Assembly (NCBI GenBank): GCA_041571435.1
Contig: JBFFUI010000017.1
Location: forward strand, 1 to 40,561
Direction: 5' to 3'
Length of the DNA stretch: 40,561 nt
Source of the DNA: Sulfurimonadaceae bacterium
Lineage (GTDB): Bacteria; Campylobacterota; Campylobacteria; Campylobacterales; Sulfurimonadaceae
Shown here: one piece after another, positions 28,920 to 38,692 of the stretch
How the letters are laid out: the number at the start of each line of letters is the position of its first letter
Position numbering within the stretch: position 1 is the first letter of the stretch
Notes under the pieces: model-generated
Database searches by the model: none
Seen by the model: only the letters and a program-made list of their open reading frames with translations
What the model was told of the DNA's origin: nothing
Position numbers and translations under genes: made by a program

Positions 28920-29621
28920 ATGGTGCTGCATATAATGCGAAACGGCGAGAAGGTCAGCTACAAGGTGACCTCCAAAGAGGCGACCCTGCTGCAGCTGTTA
29001 ACTGAGATCAAAACAACGCAGGATGCGACACTGAGTTTCGCATCAGGATGCCGCTCAAGCGTCTGCGGCTCCTGTGCGATGCGTGCCAACGGAAAAGAAG
29101 TGCTCGCCTGCGCCTACAAACCGCAAGACGGCGATCTTATCGAACCGTTGAAAAACGTGCCGGTCATCCGTGATCTGGCGGTCGACATGGAGAAGGCGCT
29201 CAGTTTTAACAAGGTGGCGCAGAACTGGACGGTCACTCCTGCGGCACTGCCTCTCTTGGGGCCTGACGATGCATCGGTCAATGAAGTGCAGAGCGACTGT
29301 ATTCTCTGTGGTTCCTGTTACAGTGCCTGCCCCGTTTATGCCGTCAACCCGGAGTTCATCGGGCCGTTTGCGCTCACACGAAACTGGCGCTATGTCAGTG
29401 ACAGACGCGAAGAGGATGTTGCCGGCAAGATCGCAGCGGTTCAGACCAACGGGGTCTGGGACTGTACGCTCTGCGGCGAGTGCGTGCCGGTCTGTCCGCA
29501 GGGGATTGCACCGAAGTCGGACATCGATATGCTGCGCAACAAGAGCAATATAATGGGGTATATGGACCCTAAATATGCCAATTTTGGCGGCGGACTTGAC
29601 TTTGGAGCACCGAGTTTTTAA
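28920..29621 (+). CDS. Fumarate reductase/succinate dehydrogenase iron-sulfur subunit
   Basis: CRSSVCGSC..C [2Fe-2S], CILCGSCYSACP and CTLCGECVPVCP; GGAGG SD before ATG 28920. Confidence 0.92.
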   Translation: MVLHIMRNGEKVSYKVTSKEATLLQLLTEIKTTQDATLSFASGCRSSVCGSCAMRANGKEVLACAYKPQDGDLIEPLKNVPVIRDLAVDMEKALSFNKVAQNWTVTPAALPLLGPDDASVNEVQSDCILCGSCYSACPVYAVNPEFIGPFALTRNWRYVSDRREEDVAGKIAAVQTNGVWDCTLCGECVPVCPQGIAPKSDIDMLRNKSNIMGYMDPKYANFGGGLDFGAPSF

Positions 29622-29779
29622 TTCCTATGCAGGTGCTTAGTGTTCTATCTTGTAAGCACAGCATGTTGCAAACTGCCGGTTTAGTAACCACCAAAATAAA
29701 AAAACCTCAGTTTGCATCTGTTATACTTGGTTAGTTAATCAAACTAAGGGCAAACAAGGCCTCTATTAAGCGAGTAAAA

Positions 29780-30277
29780 ATGGCAAAAGAACATTCCGTA
29801 GATATCTCCGCAAAGATCGACATGCAGCACTTCAAAGATGCAATCCAGCAGGCAGAACGTGAGGTCGGCAACCGCTATGATTTTAAAGGCATTACCGCCG
29901 AGATCGACTACAATGAAAAAGCAAAGACATTAACGTTGACCAGCTCAAGCGACAACAAACTCGAAGCGCTTCAGGATATGGTGATCGCTCGATTTCTCAA
30001 ACATGGGCTGAGTTCAAAGGTCCTTGACGAAGCCAAGACAGAAGACTGCAGCGGCGGCAATCGCCGGGTGGTCTATAAGATCGTCGATTACATCGAGTCC
30101 AAAGAGGCTAAAAAGATCGTTGCCGAGATCAAAAAGATGAAGATCAAAGGGAGTGCCACTCTTGAGGGTGATCATATCCGTGTCAAGTCGAAACAGATCG
30201 ATGAACTTCAAAAAGTGATCAGAGAGATCCGCGCCATGGAGTGGGATGCCCCTCTTGTTTTTGAGAATATGCGATAA
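29780..30277 (+). CDS. yajQ: YajQ family nucleotide/c-di-GMP-binding protein
   Basis: NRYDFKG, GI/YIESKEAKKIV, IRVKSK.IDELQ, FENMR. Confidence 0.9.
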   Translation: MAKEHSVDISAKIDMQHFKDAIQQAEREVGNRYDFKGITAEIDYNEKAKTLTLTSSSDNKLEALQDMVIARFLKHGLSSKVLDEAKTEDCSGGNRRVVYKIVDYIESKEAKKIVAEIKKMKIKGSATLEGDHIRVKSKQIDELQKVIREIRAMEWDAPLVFENMR

Positions 30278-30285
30278 GGACCGTA

Positions 30286-30930
30286 ATGAGTAAAATGACC
30301 GTAGCTGAAGCTTCCGAGTATTTCAAAGTCTCCAAAGAGGCGATCCATAATCGTATTCGTCGTGGTACGCTTGACTGTGTTATTGAACATGGAACGAAAT
30401 ATGTTGTCGTCGGGGAGGTAAAAAACGAATCTGCAGCTGTCCCTTCGGGCAATGACAAATACTACAGCTATATCGAGCAGGAAAATGCGGTACTCAAAGC
30501 GAAGATCTCCGAACTCGAGGGTGAGACGCGTTCGCTTAGAGAGCAGCGCGAGCAGATGCTGATCGAAGAGAAGGTGAAGATCGAACAGATCTACAAAGAG
30601 CGCGACGCCCAGCTGAAAAGCGTTTTACAGGTAGTCGCCTCGAAGTTTTTGACACATCAGAATATGGATGCCCTTATCGAAGAGGCGGTTGCCGCTGAAG
30701 ATGAAGAACCGCTTGAACCGTTTGACGATGTGATCGACGTTGTCGAGGAAGACGATGACCTTGTCTCATTGAAGCAGTTTTTGAAACTGAAGATGTACCC
30801 TAAGAAAAAACGCGAAAAGATCAAGGCACGTTTTGAAAAGAGAGCGTCAGAGGATGAACGCATCATCATCAAAAAAGGCAAATACCACTTACGACCGAAT
30901 CACTTCGACTACAGCGATTTGATAAGATAG
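30286..30930 (+). CDS. N-terminal HTH DNA-binding protein with coiled coil
   Basis: MTVAEASEYFKVSKEAIHNRIRRG HTH; heptad region; acidic linker. Confidence 0.8.
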   Translation: MSKMTVAEASEYFKVSKEAIHNRIRRGTLDCVIEHGTKYVVVGEVKNESAAVPSGNDKYYSYIEQENAVLKAKISELEGETRSLREQREQMLIEEKVKIEQIYKERDAQLKSVLQVVASKFLTHQNMDALIEEAVAAEDEEPLEPFDDVIDVVEEDDDLVSLKQFLKLKMYPKKKREKIKARFEKRASEDERIIIKKGKYHLRPNHFDYSDLIR

Positions 30931-30941
30931 ACGGTTTTTTT

Positions 30942-33758
30942 TTACCGTTGTCTTCTGGGTCGGGTGGAACCGCCCGTCTCCCTGTCGGCCCTCCGTTTCT
31001 CCATATTCAACTTCTTGAAACAGCTTTGGCAGATGGCATATTTGGTATCGAGCGGCAGCGGCTTGGTGCATTGGCGGCACCGCGGCACGAAGTGGCTCTG
31101 TTTGAGGGAGTTCTCGATGAAGTTGTTGAGCTTAACGCGCGTCTGTTTGGCTTTCTCGGCATCGAAAAAGGACTCCTCAAAACGGTAGCTCAGCCAGAGA
31201 TAGAGTGAGATCTCTTTGACATAGTCTTCGGCTTCGAGCAGTTCATCCATACTGTTGGCGAAGCTTCCAAGATTGCTCGGCGGAAGATAGGGAATAAACT
31301 CATCTTTTTCCAGCAGATGGAGGTAGCGTTCAAACGCGGTCACAATAAAGGGCGAACGCAGCGAGAGCGGGGCACAGGCGAGATGAAACTTGGTCGCTAG
31401 ATCGAGGTGATAGTGGTCGACGATCTCTGCCGCCTCGACCATGTCCTCGAGGTTGGCGGCACGGAACGGACCGTTGAACTGCATGTATTTGGCAAAAAAA
31501 CCGAGGATTTCCTGAAGGGAGTTCTCTTCCAGGATACCACCGACGAGTTTGATATGTTCAAGGTTCGCCATGACGTTAAAGGGGAGCTTGATCGGCGGCG
31601 GTGTCAGATGAAATGTCGCTTTGAGATGGTTGAGCACTTCGGGACGGAGTGCACCGACATACCCCTTTTCATGCAGTCCATAGCGTCCTGCACGACCTGC
31701 GATCTGCTGGATCTCCGTGGCGATAAGCGGGCGCTGATTTACGCCGTCAAACTTGTCGCCGCGTGAAAAGAGAACGGTCTTGATCGGAAGGTTGAGCCCC
31801 ATGGCAATGGCATCGGTCGCGACGAGTATATCGGTCTCGCCTTCACGAAAACGACGGGCCTCTTCACGGCGCACTTCGGGAGAGAGGTTGCCGTAGACGA
31901 CACTGACACGATAGTTTTTTGAGAGCTGCTGTTTGAGCCGCAGGACATTGGCGCGGGAAAACGCGATGACAGCCGTTGCCGGTTTGATGTCGTTGAGCGG
32001 GGTAGCATGTGTGAGAAGTTCGAGCGGGTTCTTGCGTTTGAACTCTATGATCTCAAGCGGTTCGTTGAGGTACTCCGCCAGGGCGATGACCGCCTCCTTG
32101 CAGTTGGGCGAACCGGTCATGATGACAGTTTTGGCAGGGGCACCGATAATGGCATTGGCCCAGGCCCATCCGCGGTCGCGATCATCGATCATCTGCACTT
32201 CATCAATGATGCAGACATCGACATCCGTCTCAAAATTGAGCATCTCGATCGTGGAGGAGATATGGGTGGCATCATCATTGATCAGCTGCTCCTCCCCGGT
32301 GATCAGGGAGCTGGCGACACCGTCTTTTTTCAGAGATTCGTACCCTTCAAGCGCCAAAAGTCGAAGCGGTGCCAGGTAGTAGCCCGTATCGGCTTTTTCC
32401 AGTGCTTTCATGGCCTGATAGGTCTTTCCGCTGTTGGTTGGACCGATGTGTAGGACAAGCTTGCGGCGAAGCTCGCGTGCCAGCGGAAAGAGGTTTTTAA
32501 AGTCGCGGATGGTCCTGGCAAGCAGTTGTTGACGCTGGTGTTTCAAGAGGGCGTCGCGAATGGAGTCGTGAAAGTGGCTGAGTGCCCGCTTGGCGGCTTT
32601 CTTCGAGATCAGCAGATCGTCTCTCAGTTGCGGTAGGAGTGACTCCAGCAGTCGGCTGCTGATCTCCTCGTCACTCATCTGAAGGGCGGAAGCCGACTCT
32701 TTGGCACTCTCGAGAAGCGCTTCATACTCTCTGTGAAAATGGGCTTCATGCTCTTTTTGCTCACGCTCAAACAAGGTCGTGATCTCAAGCGGCTCTCCCT
32801 GCCATAGAGATTGAAGCGTCTCTTTCTTAGGCAGCAGCAGATGGAGTTCATAATTGACCTTGTTCTGGGCCAGAGGCGGCTGATAGTCTGCCTCTATCGT
32901 AAGGATGATCTCTGTCATCGTCTGCGAGAGAGAACTGATCGGGATCATATGCGAAATGATGCGCGAGACGATGGCATCCATCAAGGCGACGGTCGTCACA
33001 TCATCGCTCGGTTGGGCTCTTTTGATCGCAGCAACGATCTCCTCTTTGTCAAGATAGGGGTGCGGGTCCGGAATGTGCTGCAAAAAGGTGTTGAGCTCTT
33101 TCTGTTTTATCACTGTCAGCTCGCTCTTGGCCTCTGTCAACTGCGCCAGTATCTCTTCGATAGGGGCCTCTTGCAAAAAAGAGAAGGCAAAGGGTCTGGT
33201 CTTCAGCGGCTGGATCTTTCTAAAACGCTCTTCGTAGAGTTCGTATGCGAGGGAGGCGTTGAACTCAAACCTGTCTTCGATATCGAAATGCCCCTGGGCC
33301 TCCCTCTCTATCTGCTCTCTTTTATTTTCAAAACGGAGCAGTTCAAGTTTGCTTTGGAGCTTATAAAGATTGATCTTTCTGGTGCGCACGTCGGCAAAGG
33401 CATGGTGAAGAGCATGACGCTCTTCCTTGGTGACATCAAGCTCTTCAAGCAGTTCGTCGATCTTCTCTTCACGTTCATTGGTATCGGCTCTTGGTTTCGT
33501 AGGCTGATAGACCTTGCCTTCGGCTTTGAAAAAGTCAACGATATGGCGGCGCAGCTCGATATCCGCCTCGGACCATAGGGTACGGTAGATGCGTACCAGC
33601 GATTTTTTGGAGTAGTTGTCAGGTACGAGACCGATGGCGTGTGCAAGGTCGATTAGTGTCGCTTCGTCTACACGTTCGATGCCTGCATCAAAACCGTCTT
33701 CACCGAAATAGTGGCGAATTGTCTGGTTGAGCTTTATAAATTTTTTCTTTTTAGACAT
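30942..33758 (-). CDS. SUV3-like SF2 helicase
   Basis: GPTNSGKT, PLRLLA, DEVQ..RGWAW, ATDAIAMGLN, QIAGRAGR; C-terminal CxxC..CxxC. Start likely ATG 33758. Confidence 0.92.
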   Translation of the reverse strand: MSKKKKFIKLNQTIRHYFGEDGFDAGIERVDEATLIDLAHAIGLVPDNYSKKSLVRIYRTLWSEADIELRRHIVDFFKAEGKVYQPTKPRADTNEREEKIDELLEELDVTKEERHALHHAFADVRTRKINLYKLQSKLELLRFENKREQIEREAQGHFDIEDRFEFNASLAYELYEERFRKIQPLKTRPFAFSFLQEAPIEEILAQLTEAKSELTVIKQKELNTFLQHIPDPHPYLDKEEIVAAIKRAQPSDDVTTVALMDAIVSRIISHMIPISSLSQTMTEIILTIEADYQPPLAQNKVNYELHLLLPKKETLQSLWQGEPLEITTLFEREQKEHEAHFHREYEALLESAKESASALQMSDEEISSRLLESLLPQLRDDLLISKKAAKRALSHFHDSIRDALLKHQRQQLLARTIRDFKNLFPLARELRRKLVLHIGPTNSGKTYQAMKALEKADTGYYLAPLRLLALEGYESLKKDGVASSLITGEEQLINDDATHISSTIEMLNFETDVDVCIIDEVQMIDDRDRGWAWANAIIGAPAKTVIMTGSPNCKEAVIALAEYLNEPLEIIEFKRKNPLELLTHATPLNDIKPATAVIAFSRANVLRLKQQLSKNYRVSVVYGNLSPEVRREEARRFREGETDILVATDAIAMGLNLPIKTVLFSRGDKFDGVNQRPLIATEIQQIAGRAGRYGLHEKGYVGALRPEVLNHLKATFHLTPPPIKLPFNVMANLEHIKLVGGILEENSLQEILGFFAKYMQFNGPFRAANLEDMVEAAEIVDHYHLDLATKFHLACAPLSLRSPFIVTAFERYLHLLEKDEFIPYLPPSNLGSFANSMDELLEAEDYVKEISLYLWLSYRFEESFFDAEKAKQTRVKLNNFIENSLKQSHFVPRCRQCTKPLPLDTKYAICQSCFKKLNMEKRRADRETGGSTRPRRQR

Positions 33759-33874
33759 AAAGAAATAATAGCGCAAAAAGGATACAGAAGGGACCTGAAC
33801 TGAAGTTTTTTGCATAAATTAAAATTACAGTGGCAATAGCAAAAAGCTTTGTTAAAATTTCCTAAAAATAACAG

Positions 33875-34240
33875 ATGAGTACAACAATGCAGACATTTCC
33901 CGATGAGTGGACGCAAGAGCAGTTCTTGCGTGAAAAAGAGCGCCTTGAAAAAGAGGGTATCAAAGTGCTTTTGATCGACACGATCCTAGCGCCGATCGAA
34001 AAAGCGGACACGGTTGTCTATAACCCGCACGCCCTTCAGCAGGAGCCGGAAGGTTCCGTGTTTGTCTTCTACTGCGACACGGGAAAAGCATCGAAAGACC
34101 GCTTGAACGAATACCGCAAAAAGTTCCCGAAATACCACTGTATTTCGCTGCGGGGCGGGCGAGGGTATTGGCGTAAAAATATGCAGCTGCTTCCAGATAA
34201 ACCCGCATCATGCGAGTTACCGAAGGGAAATAATGAGTAG
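33875..34240 (+). CDS. Rhodanese-like small protein
   Basis: FVFYCDTGKAS loop and SLRGG..YW resemble rhodanese motifs. Confidence 0.6.
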   Translation: MSTTMQTFPDEWTQEQFLREKERLEKEGIKVLLIDTILAPIEKADTVVYNPHALQQEPEGSVFVFYCDTGKASKDRLNEYRKKFPKYHCISLRGGRGYWRKNMQLLPDKPASCELPKGNNE

Positions 34241-34565
34241 CGACTATACGCTCCATCTGGACCGGTTTTCGGTCTGTCTGGACGAAGAGCGTTTTTACGA
34301 TGCACACGAAGCGCTCGAAGAGATCTGGTTCCCCCGACGGTACGAGAATGACCTCGAGATCAAACTGCTCAAAGGTTTCATCAATGCCGCTGTATCGTTC
34401 GAGTTGACCAAGCGCGGTCGACCGGACCCTGCGACAAGGGTCTGGGGTAATTATGAAAAATATCGTCCTCTGCTCGCGCGTTTCAGTTCCTGCAACACCC
34501 CCTATTATGAACGCCTGGCTCTCCGTTTGGAAGGGATGCGTCAAGAGCGTTTAACGCTCCGGTAA
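34233..34565 (+). CDS. DUF309 family protein
   Basis: FYDAHEALEEIW...KGFINAAV motif. Confidence 0.88.
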   Translation: MSSDYTLHLDRFSVCLDEERFYDAHEALEEIWFPRRYENDLEIKLLKGFINAAVSFELTKRGRPDPATRVWGNYEKYRPLLARFSSCNTPYYERLALRLEGMRQERLTLR

Positions 34566-34632
34566 AGTGTTCAAAAAGTGCCTTTGGTTATAATCGAGTA
34601 GAGAAGCATATCTTTTTCAGAAGGAGTGTCCT

Positions 34633-35502
34633 ATGGCAGATGTTATCGATGTAGAACAAGTGGGTACTCAGTTGGGTGTCAGTCTAGATGTGAACAAGTA
34701 TTATGATCTGGCAATCCAATACGGTGCCGAATACGGTCTTAAGATCATCGGAGCGATTCTCATCTTTTTCATCGGGAAATTGGTTGCGTCATCACTTCGC
34801 AACCTGACCGACAAGGCGATGACCCATCAGAAGGTGGATGCGACCTTGACCGATTTCGTGACAAGTGTTATCTATTACGGCCTGATGGCGGTTGTCTTTT
34901 TGGCGGCTATCAGCAACATCGGTATCCAGACGACCTCGTTTATGGCGATACTCGGTGCTGGCGGTCTGGCCGTCGGTCTGGCACTAAAAGACACGCTCTC
35001 CAATATCGGTTCGGCCGTGGTCATTCTGGTCTTCCGTCCCTTTAAGGTCGGTGATTATATCAATGCCGGCGGGGCAGAGGGAACGGTCGATCGTATCAGC
35101 CTCTTTACCACCACGATCAGTCCGGTCGATAACCGTCTGATCGTGGTGCCAAACTCGGCAATCACAGCGGGAAACATTACCAACTTCTCGTCCAAAGCAG
35201 TGCGCCGTGTCGATCATACGGTCGGGATCTCGTATGATGACGACATCAAGAAAGCCAAAGAGGTGATGTACGGCGTTATCGAGAAGAGTACGCATACCCT
35301 GACAGACCCGGAACCGCTTGTCGCGGTCAAGGAACTTGGCGACAGCAGTGTCAACTTCACGGTACGAGCATGGGTGGCATCTGCCGATTACTGGACAGCG
35401 TACTTTGAACTTATCGAAGAGATCAAGTACGCACTTGACGGGGCCGATATCACCATTCCGTATCCACAGATGGATATACATATGGACAAGGAGAGCAAGT
35501 GA
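34633..35502 (+). CDS. mscS: Small-conductance mechanosensitive channel
   Basis: GAGGLAVGLAL, RPFKVGD, VPNS, ELGDSSVN, IPYPQMD. Confidence 0.93.
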   Translation: MADVIDVEQVGTQLGVSLDVNKYYDLAIQYGAEYGLKIIGAILIFFIGKLVASSLRNLTDKAMTHQKVDATLTDFVTSVIYYGLMAVVFLAAISNIGIQTTSFMAILGAGGLAVGLALKDTLSNIGSAVVILVFRPFKVGDYINAGGAEGTVDRISLFTTTISPVDNRLIVVPNSAITAGNITNFSSKAVRRVDHTVGISYDDDIKKAKEVMYGVIEKSTHTLTDPEPLVAVKELGDSSVNFTVRAWVASADYWTAYFELIEEIKYALDGADITIPYPQMDIHMDKESK

Positions 35503-36269
35503 TGAAGAAAATTGTCGGACTGATTTTTATCGCGGGCGTGTTAACCACGCTGTTCGCAGGAGAAGAAGAGAACTTTGCAGCCCATGCTGAACTGAGCTAT
35601 GCCAATACTGCGGGGAATACCGAGTCGCAGGATATTGCCGGAAAACTGAAGTTTAAGTACCCGTTCTATCAAAATGCCATCCGCTTTGAGGCGAACGTGC
35701 TCTACTCTGAAAATAAAAACTTTGATGAGAACGGCAGCTACATTGATACGGTCGCGACCAAGAACCGCTGGGACGCGGAGGCGAACTACGACTACAACTT
35801 TAATGATAGCCTCGCGTTCAACTACATCGCCGGAGCCAAAGGGAATGAGTTCTCATCCTATAAATATCAGGCATACACCGGACCGGGTGCGATCTGGACT
35901 GCGTTTAAAAACGATAATCATGACCTGAAGTTCCAGGGCAACATTATGTGGGCATGGGATGAACACCGCGAACCGTATGAAGTCGGTTCAACGAAGACAT
36001 TACACTCCTATGCAGCCTATCAGGCCTCGATGGATTATCTCTTCAAGATCACCGCAAGTTCGAAGTTCATCCAGTACCTGATGTACCGCAGTGAATTCGA
36101 AGACAGCTCAAATTATTTCGGAAAATCCAAGACAGCCCTTGAGAGCAAGATCAACAGTGTCTTCTCCATGGGTGTGAGCTACACGATCGATTACACCAAC
36201 AACATCGCAGACAATATCCGTTCGCATACCGACCGCGTCTTCCTGGCCTCTTTTATAGCCGACTTTTAG
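35502..36269 (+). CDS. DUF481 (YdiY-like) outer-membrane beta-barrel
   Basis: Signal peptide, ELSYANTAGNT, aromatic strands, C-terminal Phe; alternative GTG start at 35499. Confidence 0.82.
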   Translation: MKKIVGLIFIAGVLTTLFAGEEENFAAHAELSYANTAGNTESQDIAGKLKFKYPFYQNAIRFEANVLYSENKNFDENGSYIDTVATKNRWDAEANYDYNFNDSLAFNYIAGAKGNEFSSYKYQAYTGPGAIWTAFKNDNHDLKFQGNIMWAWDEHREPYEVGSTKTLHSYAAYQASMDYLFKITASSKFIQYLMYRSEFEDSSNYFGKSKTALESKINSVFSMGVSYTIDYTNNIADNIRSHTDRVFLASFIADF

Positions 36270-36340
36270 CAGGAAAATCCTCAAGTTTCGTACAGCTTAA
36301 GCTGTTATAATGCCGCGCAATTTACATTGGGCGGTAATTT

Positions 36341-37111
36341 ATGTTCAGATATCTTTTACTCTTTTTAACTCTTTTTTCGAATCTTCTTTTTGCGGTTGTT
36401 GAGATCGCTCCGAACGAGGTCGGCCTGCGACCCGGCCTGTCGGGAACTGTACAGCTTGCTGTCAACACGCAGCGCGGAAACACCGATAAAGACGAGTATG
36501 ACATGGGCGGACTCTTCTCTTATGACAATAACCGATCTTACGTGACCTGGTTTGACTTTTCCTATGCGTACGGGCAGGCCTCAGGTGTCGAGAATGAGAA
36601 TAAAGCGTATGCCCATTACCGTTTTTTGCACACGCTCTATTCACCGGCTTGGAACTGGGAGCTCTATGCCCAGAACGAGGGGGACGATTTCCGTAATATT
36701 CAGCGAAGATTGTTGGGCGGCGCGAGTATCCGATGGCGTTTTTATGAAAGTGAGGCGTTTGGCCGTATTTATTTTGGTCTGGGAGGCTATTACGAATACC
36801 TGAGGTATACGACAGTAGGTGATCCGAGAGAACGCAATGCCCGGGTCAGCAGTTATCTCAATTATACAAAAAAGCTTGGAGCCGATGCGCGTTTTAGTGT
36901 TTCAAGCTATTTCCAACCCAAGGCAGATGACTGGCAAGACTATTACATCAGCAACAGCGCATCGCTTTTTATCTATGTATACGGTTCGATGTATATAAAG
37001 ATGACCCTCTTGCATAAGCACGACAGCAGACCCGCTGTCGGTGTCGAGAAGAGCGATCTTCAGCAGACAACGTCATTGGGCTGGAAATTTGGCGCTAAAG
37101 CGGATCGATAA
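36341..37111 (+). CDS. DUF481 family outer-membrane protein (second paralog)
   Basis: Signal peptide, RGNTD, D.F..I..R.L.G, SLGWKF. Confidence 0.82.
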   Translation: MFRYLLLFLTLFSNLLFAVVEIAPNEVGLRPGLSGTVQLAVNTQRGNTDKDEYDMGGLFSYDNNRSYVTWFDFSYAYGQASGVENENKAYAHYRFLHTLYSPAWNWELYAQNEGDDFRNIQRRLLGGASIRWRFYESEAFGRIYFGLGGYYEYLRYTTVGDPRERNARVSSYLNYTKKLGADARFSVSSYFQPKADDWQDYYISNSASLFIYVYGSMYIKMTLLHKHDSRPAVGVEKSDLQQTTSLGWKFGAKADR

Positions 37112-38176
37112 GAAAGCTGCCCCGGCAACAAAAGCGGCGTACAGGAAAAGCATCGACGGCCACAGCTCATAGATGTAGCCGGCAGTGATCGCGCCGATAA
37201 ATCCACCAAGCCCGTACGAGATCCCGAAGAAAAACTGCTGTGCCAGTTTGCGCTCCGCATAAAGCTCGTAAAGGTAGCTGATTGCGGCCGTGTGAAAGAG
37301 TGCAAAGCTGAAAGCGTGCAGACTTTGTGCGAAAAAGAGCACGGTCAGATTTTCCGGGAAGAGATAGCTCAGCAGCCATCGTATGACGGTGACGAGCAGA
37401 GAGAACTCTAGAAGTTTCAGCAGATTGCGTTTGAGCAGTGGCCCTTGAAAATAGAAGAGGATGATCTCGGCGATGACCCCAAAACTCCAAAGGTAGATCG
37501 TCATCTCAAGCGAGATACCGTGCGCCGTCTCGTAGATGGTAAAGAAGTTGTAAAAGGGACCGAAACTGACCTGCATGAGCGTGAGGCCCAGCCAGAGCGG
37601 CCAGTGGGCGAAGAGGTTGAGATGTTTGCCTTCAATGCTTTCGGGCGCAACCACCTTCTTGTTGTCAAGGTGGGCAATAATATAGCCAAACAACACCGTT
37701 GCGATAACCACGGCAAGCAAGAAGAGGAGCGCCGTTGTCGGAATGTCCAAAAACTTCACCAGGACAAGGGCAACCAGTATAAACCCGATGGAGCCAAAAA
37801 GACGGACTTTCCCATAGGACTCTTTGCCAATGAGCGAAAGAGCGATCACTTCGACATAGGGCAGAATAAGGCTCATGCCGATACCCATCGCGACATTACT
37901 TAAGAGCAGTGGCCAAAAGCTCTCCAGTGTAAGAAAAAATGAGACGCCCGCAAGCAAGAGCAGGACAAGTGCGCTGTTAAACGTCGTCAGGTCAAGTTTG
38001 ATGCCTTTCAAAAAGAGAAACGGGAGCCCAAAACGCACAAGCGGGCCGGCTGCAAAGATTATGCCTATTTCGGAAGGCGTGTACCCGACCATGTGGAGCA
38101 CTTTGGGCATAAAGATGACATAGATCGCCACGATGGCAAAGTAGAAGAAGTAGAAGAGGGCGATCAGTGCTGACAT
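37073..38176 (-). CDS. MFS transporter (HcaT/LacY-like)
   Basis: 12 TM helices, YGKVRLFGSIGF, GVIAEI, QSLHAFSFALFH. Confidence 0.9.
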   Translation of the reverse strand: MSALIALFYFFYFAIVAIYVIFMPKVLHMVGYTPSEIGIIFAAGPLVRFGLPFLFLKGIKLDLTTFNSALVLLLLAGVSFFLTLESFWPLLLSNVAMGIGMSLILPYVEVIALSLIGKESYGKVRLFGSIGFILVALVLVKFLDIPTTALLFLLAVVIATVLFGYIIAHLDNKKVVAPESIEGKHLNLFAHWPLWLGLTLMQVSFGPFYNFFTIYETAHGISLEMTIYLWSFGVIAEIILFYFQGPLLKRNLLKLLEFSLLVTVIRWLLSYLFPENLTVLFFAQSLHAFSFALFHTAAISYLYELYAERKLAQQFFFGISYGLGGFIGAITAGYIYELWPSMLFLYAAFVAGAAFLSIRFSAKFPAQ

Positions 38177-38182
38177 GGTACT

Positions 38183-38692
38183 TTAGGCGGATCGGTAGAT
38201 GATAGCCGTATGGCTGATAAGGTCGTGGAACATACGTTTATCGCGCCGCACAAGCCCCCAGAGGTAACCGAAGAAAAGCAGCGAGAGAGGGTAACTCAAA
38301 AACCGGACGATAAGCTGTAGGTAAGAGGCACCCTCAAACGTGCCGGCATCGACGATCTCTATGCCGGCCATCTTCATTCCCGGCGTCTGCCTTGGTATTT
38401 TCCAGAAGAGGACAAAGGTGGTGATGAAAAGGGTAAACTGGACAATAGAGGCCAACGGATCGGGGGCCTGTTCCTGCGCTTTTTGTGTCTGCATCAACGC
38501 ATCACTGAAACCGGCGGTCTGCATCTGCTCATAACCGAAAAAGATCATAATGATTAGGGTGATAGGAATACCGATCATAAAAATATCGGTAATAAAGGAG
38601 AGAGTACGGCTCCAAAAACCTGCGTAACGCACTTTAGGGCTCTCTGTCAACGTAGTACTGTTTTTTTTCTGTTTTATCTCTCGCCATCTCAT
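38183..38692 (-). CDS. RDD family membrane protein
   Basis: YAGFWSR...D, QTPGM, HDLIS.T motifs. Confidence 0.9.
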   Translation of the reverse strand: MRWREIKQKKNSTTLTESPKVRYAGFWSRTLSFITDIFMIGIPITLIIMIFFGYEQMQTAGFSDALMQTQKAQEQAPDPLASIVQFTLFITTFVLFWKIPRQTPGMKMAGIEIVDAGTFEGASYLQLIVRFLSYPLSLLFFGYLWGLVRRDKRMFHDLISHTAIIYRSA

